Of a DNA stretch of 64,000 bases, positions 10,510-17,519 are shown piece by piece. Position numbers and translations under genes: made by a program. Every line of letters starts with the position of its first letter. The first letter of the stretch is position 1. Where the stretch lies: contig JAYOTF010000013.1 of the NCBI GenBank assembly GCA_038150265.1, positions 13,726 through 77,725 of the forward strand. The letters are read 5' to 3'. The notes beneath the pieces are model-generated. The model saw only the letters and a list, made by a program, of their open reading frames with translations. It was not told the DNA's origin and searched no databases. The DNA is from Deltaproteobacteria bacterium (GTDB taxonomy: Bacteria; SAR324; NAC60-12).

Positions 10510-11121
10510 TCAGAGGGTCCGTAAGCAGTAGACCACCCGGCCAATGACCGAAATTGAGGTGGTGGTGGACGCGTCAAAGACCATCTCCTGGTAAGCCGGA
10601 TTTTCGGAAATCACCCGCAGGGTCTGGGTGTCGGCCTTCCACTGGGTCTTTTTGAAGAAGACCATCCCCTCCACATTGAGGACGTAGTAGCCGTCCCCGG
10701 GCTTCTGCTTGGTCCGGTCCAGAATGATCAGGTCGCCGGAGCGGGCAACGGGCTCCATGGAGTCCCCTTCGATGCGCAGGCCCGAGAGCGAGTGGGGCGC
10801 CACCCGCAGCTTTTGCTCAATCCAGGCGCTTGGAAGCGGAACCTGCTCCACGACGGCGCACTCGTCCAGGCTGAAGGCGCCACTTCCAGCAGAGGCCGCG
10901 ACATCGTAAATCGGGATCATCCGAATGGACGCGGACTCTTCGGCCCGTTGCTCCGGACCATAGAGCAGTTGCTCCAGCAGCAGGGAGGTCGCCTTGTCAA
11001 TGGGGGCCCGCCCATTCATCCAACGGCTGATCGTGACCCGGTTCCGTCCGATGCGTTGAGCCAGCTCATCCTGAGTCCAACTGAGTTCAATCAGGCGTTT
11101 CTTGATCTGTTCCGGACGCAT
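10510..11121 (-). CDS. XRE HTH plus S24 peptidase autocleaving repressor (CI/LexA-like)
   Basis: HTH WTQDELAQRIGRNRVTISRWMNG; Ala-Gly cleavage site ASAG; catalytic Ser GDSMEP; catalytic Lys FFKK; SENPAY. Confidence 0.9.
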   Translation of the reverse strand: MRPEQIKKRLIELSWTQDELAQRIGRNRVTISRWMNGRAPIDKATSLLLEQLLYGPEQRAEESASIRMIPIYDVAASAGSGAFSLDECAVVEQVPLPSAWIEQKLRVAPHSLSGLRIEGDSMEPVARSGDLIILDRTKQKPGDGYYVLNVEGMVFFKKTQWKADTQTLRVISENPAYQEMVFDASTTTSISVIGRVVYCLRTL

Positions 11122-11143
11122 GGCGGCTTCGTAAATTATCGTA

Positions 11144-11172
11144 TTGACTCAATGTTAACTTAAAGCTACAGT
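11144..11172 (+). promoter_or_regulatory. Sigma-70-type promoter divergent from the repressor gene
   Basis: TTGACT-17 nt-TACAGT in an AT-rich patch about 20 nt from the repressor start codon. Confidence 0.6.
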
Positions 11173-11321
11173 GGCGTCGCTTTTTGTTTCATGGCTGTTC
11201 AATCTAGCACAGATCCACAGGAGTACAAGGAGCAACGTGGGCCCTAGGTCCCGATGAATAAACCGGCCGTTTGGGCCTAGTTGGAAACCGTTTCGTGGAA
11301 GACTCGACCAGAAAGGATCCG

Positions 11322-11471
11322 ATGATTCGAAGTGAAGTCATTTTAAGGGCGCTCCGAGAAAGCCGCAACCAGCGCAACCAGCTGGCTGAGATCGGCCGAG
11401 CAACCGGACTGAAGGGCTGGTGGCTGCGCCTGGTCCACTCACGCCGCCTGAGCACCTCTGATTTTTCCTGA
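11322..11471 (+). CDS. Small basic hypothetical protein (49 aa)
   Basis: RBS-like GAAAGGA before ATG; MIRSEVILRALRESRNQRNQLAEIGRATGLKGWWLRLVHSRRLSTSDFS. Confidence 0.4.
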   Translation: MIRSEVILRALRESRNQRNQLAEIGRATGLKGWWLRLVHSRRLSTSDFS

Positions 11472-11706
11472 GGCTCCTCCTCCTCCTTGAGGACGGGTCG
11501 GGCCACGGTTGTGGCAAGGCTGGTCCTCGACCCTACAGGGGCTTGTTCTCCGGGCTCCTCAATTCCTGAGTTCTTGCTTTCGCATGGGCCTCTTCCGGAA
11601 AACCTGCTAAGCTGTTGGGCTTGGCAGAAACCGTTGATCATGCCCTCCCGTCAAGCGCTTGCCCCTTCCGGGAAGCCAGAGCAGGGCAGCACCTGAAGAG
11701 AAACCT

Positions 11707-12549
11707 GTGTCAGAAGCAATCGATCTTTTTTGGGCCGAACACTCAGCCACACTGATGAGTGTCGGGTACAAGGCGTTCCTCAGCCTCATCATCCTGGTGG
11801 TGAGCCTGTTGGTGGGCAGAGGCGTGAAGCAGTTCATCCGAGGCGCCAACCATGGCCTGGCGCGGGTGGACGCCACGCTGGTTCCTGTGCTGGGAACCAC
11901 GGCCGCCTACGCGGTTTACACGATCGGGGCCGTGTTCATCCTCGACATCTTTGGGGTGAACACTGCCAGCCTGATTACCCTGCTGGGGGCTGCAGGGCTG
12001 GCGATTGGGCTCGCCTTGAAGGACACCCTGAGCAACATTGCAGCCGGCATCATGCTGCTGGTGCTCCGTCCCTTCCGGACGGGGGATTTTGTGGAATGCG
12101 GGTCCCTTACGGGCTCGGTCAAGGAGATCAACCTGTTCACGACTGTTCTGGAAACAGCAGATGGGCTCTATGTGGCCTCGCCCAACAGCCTGGTCTGGGG
12201 CAGCACCATCACCAACTTTACCCGGAACGGCAAGCGCCGCATGGACCTGGTGGTGGGCATTGCGTACTCCGATTCCATTGAGGCCGGCCTTCAGGTGCTT
12301 CAGCACATTGCCGACACGGAGCCACGTTTCCTCCAGGACCCACTGCCTCAGGTGATGGTGCAGTCGCTTGGAGACAGCTCCGTGAATCTGCAGCTCCGGG
12401 GGTGGGCGTCAACGGAGGATTACTGGAAGGCGTGGTGGGACCTGAACCGGAGGGTCAAGGAAGAAATTGAGCAGGCCGGCCTGACGATTCCCTTTCCGCA
12501 GCGAGAGTTGCACCTGCCGGCAGGCTGGAATCCGGGAGCACCTCAGTAA
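11707..12549 (+). CDS. mscS: Small-conductance mechanosensitive channel
   Basis: LLGAAGLAIGLALKDTLSNIAAGIMLLVLRPFRTGDFVE, ITNFTR, IPFPQRELH; GTG start chosen. Confidence 0.93.
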   Translation: MSEAIDLFWAEHSATLMSVGYKAFLSLIILVVSLLVGRGVKQFIRGANHGLARVDATLVPVLGTTAAYAVYTIGAVFILDIFGVNTASLITLLGAAGLAIGLALKDTLSNIAAGIMLLVLRPFRTGDFVECGSLTGSVKEINLFTTVLETADGLYVASPNSLVWGSTITNFTRNGKRRMDLVVGIAYSDSIEAGLQVLQHIADTEPRFLQDPLPQVMVQSLGDSSVNLQLRGWASTEDYWKAWWDLNRRVKEEIEQAGLTIPFPQRELHLPAGWNPGAPQ

Positions 12550-12566
12550 CCGGGCGCTCCGGTTAC
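12546..12566. terminator. Hairpin whose arms contain the stop codons of both convergent genes (mscS and livM)
   Basis: gtaaccgg-gcgct-ccggttac. Confidence 0.5.
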
Positions 12567-13912
12567 GCGCGAGAGGTCTGTTCCGGAAGGATGCCCCGGG
12601 GACGGAAGCGCAGAACCAGCAGCAGCAGCAGGCCCATGACGACCATCCGCATGTGGGGGGCTGCCTCGAGGAGGTGCTGGCGCAGGGGGCTGCTTTCTTC
12701 CAGGGTGCTGGCAATGCCTCCCATCGCCCAGAGGCCAACGGGCTCGGCTTCGACCCAGAAGAACCAGGTGATGAAGCCTCCGATGACGGCTCCCAGGTTG
12801 GAGCCACTGCCCCCAATGATCACCATCACCCAAATCAGGAAGGTGTAGCGAAGCGGGTTGTATCCTCCGGGGGTGAACTGTCCATCCAGTGTGGTGAGCA
12901 TGGCCCCGGCAATGCCAATGACGGCTGAGCCGATGATGAACACTTCACGGTGCCGGCGGACCACATCCTTGCCCATGGCGGACGCGGCGACTTCGTTGTC
13001 TCGAATGGCCCGCATCATCCGGCCCCAGGGCGAGTTGAGCGCCTGAACCGCCAGCCCGAGGATGACGAGCAGCACAACCAGGAACAGCCCGGAGTAGCAC
13101 AGCTTCACAAACACGCCGGAGGCGGTGACCAGCGCTTCCGAGAGCGCTTCCGGATCCTCGATTCCCTGCCACCACGACACCAGCGACGCAAACCACTCGG
13201 CCTGCTGCAGGTCCAGTTCGTAGGGGACGGGCCGGTCCAGTCCGGAAACGTTCTTCACCCCTCGGGTCAGCCAGTCCTCGTTTTTCAGCACCGAGATGAC
13301 AATTTCAGAAATGCCAAGGGTGGCAATCGCAAAGTAATCCGAGCGGAGGCCCAGGGCAATGCGTCCCACCAGCCAGGCCAGTGCAGCGGCAACGAGTCCC
13401 CCAGCCAGCCACGACGTGAGGATCGGGAGGCCCAGGCCACCGAGGAAGCCGGTTTTTCCCGGGTCCACGCGCTCAATGGCACGGACCGCTTCATCAAAGA
13501 AACTGCGGATGAACCAAAGCCCAAGGAGCAGAACCACGGTGACCCCCAGGTTCCGGACCCGACCGGCTGGAATCTGACGACGCACCAGCCAGACGCCGAA
13601 AAGGGTCGCCAGCACCCCCACCACGCTGAGGACCAATCCGGTGGCTCCCACGGACCACGCCTCACCGACCGGAGAGTAGGAAACCAACACGGCGGTGGCG
13701 CCTCCCACTGCAGTTGAGGCCATGACTCCGGCGTTGAAGAGCCCGGCATAGCCCCACTGAATGTTGAGTCCAAGCGCCGTGAGCGCCGAGATGAAGCAGA
13801 GGTTGAGGATGGCCAGGGCCACGTTCCACGACTGGGCCATGCCCACCCAAACCAGCAGCAGGCCCATCAGGGTGAAGCTGACCCAGGCGCGGGCGCGGTC
13901 ATGCCTCATCAT
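12563..13912 (-). CDS. livM: Branched-chain amino acid ABC transporter permease LivM
   Basis: LGLNIQWGYAGLFNAG, LRSDYFAIATLG, SPWGRMMRAIRDNE, VIIGGSGS; ATG overlaps the livH stop. Confidence 0.9.
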   Translation of the reverse strand: MMRHDRARAWVSFTLMGLLLVWVGMAQSWNVALAILNLCFISALTALGLNIQWGYAGLFNAGVMASTAVGGATAVLVSYSPVGEAWSVGATGLVLSVVGVLATLFGVWLVRRQIPAGRVRNLGVTVVLLLGLWFIRSFFDEAVRAIERVDPGKTGFLGGLGLPILTSWLAGGLVAAALAWLVGRIALGLRSDYFAIATLGISEIVISVLKNEDWLTRGVKNVSGLDRPVPYELDLQQAEWFASLVSWWQGIEDPEALSEALVTASGVFVKLCYSGLFLVVLLVILGLAVQALNSPWGRMMRAIRDNEVAASAMGKDVVRRHREVFIIGSAVIGIAGAMLTTLDGQFTPGGYNPLRYTFLIWVMVIIGGSGSNLGAVIGGFITWFFWVEAEPVGLWAMGGIASTLEESSPLRQHLLEAAPHMRMVVMGLLLLLVLRFRPRGILPEQTSRA

Positions 13913-14919
13913 AAGACCCTCCCCCGCAGCAGTCCGGTGGGACGGATCAGCAGCACCACGACCAGGATGATGAAGGAGACGGCAAACTTGTACTCGGTGG
14001 ACAGAAACTGAACGAGCCCCTCCGGCGCCCATGCTTCCGGCACCAGGTACCCGAGGAACTTCTTGTAGGCGTAGGTGGCCATCACTTCGGAGAAGGCGAC
14101 AACGAAGCCGCCGAGGATGGCCCCGATGGGCTCTCCGATGCCTCCGACAATGGCGGCGGCAAAGATGGGCAGGAGGAGGTGGAAGTAGACGAGTGGCTTG
14201 TAGCTCTTGTCGAGTCCGTAGAGGACCGCAGCGAGGGTGGCCAGCACGGAGGCAATGGCCCACGCCGTCATGACGACGCGCTCCGGATTGATTCCCGACA
14301 GCAGGGCCAGGTCTTCATTGTCTGAAAAGGCTCGCATGGCCTGCCCCATCCGCGTCTTCTGCAAAAACCAGAACAGCGCCAGCACCGCGACCAGGGCCAG
14401 GAGGACGGTCAGGACCTGGTTCTGCTTGATCACCAGAGCCTCGCCGAGGCCAGTCATCTGCTTGAACTCCCGGGCCTTGATGAGGAACTTGTTTCCGTCG
14501 GAAAAGACGATTTCATCGGTGCCAATGAGCAACCGGACGAGGCCGTTCATGACAAACATCACCCCGACCGAGGCGATGACCAGAATGACCGGCTTGGCCT
14601 TGCGCTGGCGGTAAAAGCGGAACACGCCACGCTCAACCCCCAGCGAAAAGAGGATGGTGGCCACCATGCCCAGCGGAAGCGCCAGCAGGGCGGTGGGAAG
14701 GGGGTCGATGCTCAGGCCAAGGGACTGAAACCACCAGGTGACGTAGATCGTGACCATGCCCCCGAAGGCCATCAGCTCGCCGTGAGCAAAGTTGGCAAAG
14801 CGGAGGATGCCGAAAATCAGGGTGACCCCCACCGCTCCCAACGCGAGCTGAGCCCCGTAGGAGAGGGCCGGGATGAAGACAAAGTTGGCAAACAGCACCA
14901 GGGCGTTGAGCAGTTCCAT
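13909..14919 (-). CDS. livH: Branched-chain amino acid ABC transporter permease LivH
   Basis: GVTLIFGILRFANFAHGE, TRMGQAMRA, AAIVGGIG, RPTGL. Confidence 0.92.
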   Translation of the reverse strand: MELLNALVLFANFVFIPALSYGAQLALGAVGVTLIFGILRFANFAHGELMAFGGMVTIYVTWWFQSLGLSIDPLPTALLALPLGMVATILFSLGVERGVFRFYRQRKAKPVILVIASVGVMFVMNGLVRLLIGTDEIVFSDGNKFLIKAREFKQMTGLGEALVIKQNQVLTVLLALVAVLALFWFLQKTRMGQAMRAFSDNEDLALLSGINPERVVMTAWAIASVLATLAAVLYGLDKSYKPLVYFHLLLPIFAAAIVGGIGEPIGAILGGFVVAFSEVMATYAYKKFLGYLVPEAWAPEGLVQFLSTEYKFAVSFIILVVVLLIRPTGLLRGRVL

Positions 14920-15623
14920 CAGCCTCCGAGAAAGGTGCGGCGGACCTCCGGGTCAGCGAGCAGCGCCGCGCCGGTGTCCGTGAAGCGGTTCTCTCCGGTG
15001 ACCAGCACATACCCCCGATCAGCAATTTCCAGCGCCTGCCGAGCGTTCTGTTCCACCATGAGGACGGCAATTCCCGCTTGCTTGACCTCAAGGATGCGGT
15101 CGAAGAGTTCGTCCATGACAATCGGCGAGACGCCAGCAGTCGGTTCATCAAGCAGCAGCACCTGCGGGCGGGTCATCAAGGCGCGCCCCACCGCCACCTG
15201 CTGACGTTGCCCGCCAGACAGCTCGCCAGCCGCCTGGTGCTGCTTTTCCCGGAGGATGGGGAAGAGCCCATAGACCTGCTCCATGGTTTCCTCAATGCCG
15301 TCCCGACGCAGGTGGGCGCCAATCTTGAGGTTCTCCTCAACCGTCATGGAGGGGAACACGTTTTGAGTCTGTGGCACAAAGGCCAGGCCGTGCTTGACGC
15401 GTTCCTGGGGAGACAGGCGGCTGATGTCGGTGCCGTTGAGGAGAACGCGTCCCTTGCGGAGACGGAGCAGGCCCAGCAGGGCCTTCATGGCCGTGGACTT
15501 TCCGGCACCGTTGGGGCCCACAATGACCGCGACTTCGCCCTGATCCACGCCAACGGTGCAGCCGTTGAGGATGTCGGCAGCGCCGTAGCCCCCGACCATG
15601 GCTTCTCCGACGAGGAAGCTCAT
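14919..15623 (-). CDS. livF: Branched-chain amino acid ABC transporter ATPase LivF
   Basis: GPNGAGKST, LSGGQRQQ, LLLDEPTAG, VEQNA. Confidence 0.93.
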   Translation of the reverse strand: MSFLVGEAMVGGYGAADILNGCTVGVDQGEVAVIVGPNGAGKSTAMKALLGLLRLRKGRVLLNGTDISRLSPQERVKHGLAFVPQTQNVFPSMTVEENLKIGAHLRRDGIEETMEQVYGLFPILREKQHQAAGELSGGQRQQVAVGRALMTRPQVLLLDEPTAGVSPIVMDELFDRILEVKQAGIAVLMVEQNARQALEIADRGYVLVTGENRFTDTGAALLADPEVRRTFLGG

Positions 15624-16402
15624 GCGGGCTCCTTGGGTTTGTTCTTCAGCCCGGTTCCCAGGTACGCCTCAATGACCTCTTCGTTGTTCCGGACCTCGGT
15701 TGGCGTCCCCTGCGTCAGCACCTTCCCTTCTGCCATGACGACCACGGGGTTGCAGAGCCGGCTGATGAAGTCGATGTCGTGCTCAATCATGCAAAACGTG
15801 TAGCCCCGTTCCTGATTGAGCTTGAGGATCGCGTCTCCAATTTCGTTGAGCAGGGTCCGGTTGACCCCGGCGCCGACTTCATCCAGCACCACCATCTTGG
15901 CATCGACCATCATGGTTCGGCCCAGCTCCAGCAGCTTTTTTTGTCCGCCCGAGAGGTTCCCGGCAAGTTCGTGGGCCACATGATTGAGGTTGAGGAACTC
16001 AATGACCTCCTCGGCGCGCTGGCGCAGCGTGGCTTCTTGCCGGGCGACGTCCTTGCGCTGAAACCAGGCGCCAAGCAGGCTTTCGCCCCGCTGTCCGGAA
16101 GGCACCATCATCAGGTTGTCGAGGACGCTGAGGCTGTGAAATTCGTGGGCAATCTGGAAGGTCCGGAGGAGGCCCTTGGAGAACAGCTGGTAGGCGGGGA
16201 GTCCGGTGACGTCTTCTCCGTCGAGGAAGATGGAGCCGCTGGTGGGCGGGGTCGCGCCGGCAATGAGGTTGAAGAGGGTGGTCTTTCCGGCACCGTTGGG
16301 ACCTATGAGCCCGGTGATGCTTCCGGTCTCAATGGTGAGGGTCACCCCATTGACGGCGTGAACTCCCCCAAAGCGCTTGGTCACATTTTGGACGGAAATC
16401 AC
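15620..16402 (-). CDS. livG: Branched-chain amino acid ABC transporter ATPase LivG
   Basis: GPNGAGKTT, RTFQI, LSGGQKKLLE, IEHD, VIEAYLG. Confidence 0.93.
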   Translation of the reverse strand: MISVQNVTKRFGGVHAVNGVTLTIETGSITGLIGPNGAGKTTLFNLIAGATPPTSGSIFLDGEDVTGLPAYQLFSKGLLRTFQIAHEFHSLSVLDNLMMVPSGQRGESLLGAWFQRKDVARQEATLRQRAEEVIEFLNLNHVAHELAGNLSGGQKKLLELGRTMMVDAKMVVLDEVGAGVNRTLLNEIGDAILKLNQERGYTFCMIEHDIDFISRLCNPVVVMAEGKVLTQGTPTEVRNNEEVIEAYLGTGLKNKPKEPA

Positions 16403-16561
16403 AGGGGCAGGCGCGGGGCAGAGCGTTCAGAAAAGCGAACCGTTAGGAATTCGTCATAAAACTGAAATTTCTAAAGGAGATGGCCCCCAAAGTCAACTCA
16501 TTTGCAGGTGGGAGCGGGGTCGGCGAAAGGGACCTCCTGTGACCAATTTCAGAGTTTGAGC

Positions 16562-16589
16562 TTGCCAAATTCTTCCTCACCTTTATAGT
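16562..16589 (+). promoter_or_regulatory. Candidate sigma-70 promoter of the act operon
   Basis: TTGCCA-16 nt-TATAGT upstream of actA. Confidence 0.45.
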
Positions 16590-16714
16590 TTCTCGAGTTT
16601 TATCCACGGCCTTGTGGTTGCCGGTTTCGCAACAGGCCCCGAATGAAAATTCAGGAGCCTCTTCCCGCCGGACCAACCGGGCAAGCCCTTGTTACCAAAA
16701 CGCAGGTTTTCCTC

Positions 16715-17482
16715 ATGGATCATCGCCTCTCGCGCCTTCTCCTGAGCCTCGCTTTCTTCGGGGCCCTCTTCGTTGGCCTCCCCGGGGTCAGCTCTGCTCA
16801 GGTGCAGGCACCCCAGCAACCCATTGCGTTCGATCATCAGATCCACGTCACGCAAAATGGAATCTCGTGCCAGTACTGCCACCTCTACGCCCGTCGGTCT
16901 TACTCCTCGGGTGTCCCGCCCGTCAGCACCTGCATCGGGTGTCATGGCACCAATGACATGAAAATTGTCCAGCCCCCAGCCAACTCCCCGAAGGAGTGGT
17001 TGGACGGACTCGATACCCTCCGGAACCACTGGGACGAGGGGACTCCGATTCCGTGGGTGAAGGTTCACGACATTCCGGACTTTGTTCGCTTCCCGCACAA
17101 GGAGCACATCAACGTCGACAGCAGCCGCTTTGTGGAAGAGGCGGGCCGTGGGTGTGACATGCAGGCGAACCCCCGCTCGCTGGAGTGTCGGCTGTCTCAG
17201 TTCCGGGCTGGTGGGGATCAACGCTGCCAGGCGTGCCACGGCAATGTGTCTCAGATGAAGGTTGTGGCCAAGGTGGACCAGAACTTCGGATTCATGGGGT
17301 GGTGCATGGAGTGTCACCTTCAGGTGAAGGGGGCCGTGGAGCGCAAGCGCGCCATGAGTACCCTGGACGGGTGGTTCAATGCCAAGGAGAATGACGCCAA
17401 ACGCGAAGCGGCAATGCATCTCGTCGATGACAAGGGGTACCACACTCCGAACATGAACGACTGCTTCACCTGTCACTACTGA
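16715..17482 (+). CDS. actA: Alternative complex III pentaheme cytochrome c subunit ActA
   Basis: PQQPIAFDHQIH, five CxxCH motifs (CQYCH, CIGCH, CQACH, CMECH, CFTCH), PIPWVKVHDIPDFVRFPHKEH. Confidence 0.9.
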   Translation: MDHRLSRLLLSLAFFGALFVGLPGVSSAQVQAPQQPIAFDHQIHVTQNGISCQYCHLYARRSYSSGVPPVSTCIGCHGTNDMKIVQPPANSPKEWLDGLDTLRNHWDEGTPIPWVKVHDIPDFVRFPHKEHINVDSSRFVEEAGRGCDMQANPRSLECRLSQFRAGGDQRCQACHGNVSQMKVVAKVDQNFGFMGWCMECHLQVKGAVERKRAMSTLDGWFNAKENDAKREAAMHLVDDKGYHTPNMNDCFTCHY

Positions 17483-17519
17483 ATCCCCCACCCTTTCGTC
17501 AAACACTCGGAGTTTTCTG

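Noticed and set aside
10510..11121. Prophage suggested by the CI-like repressor
   Set aside because: No integrase, structural, replication or lysis genes and no att repeats; the flanks are housekeeping genes.
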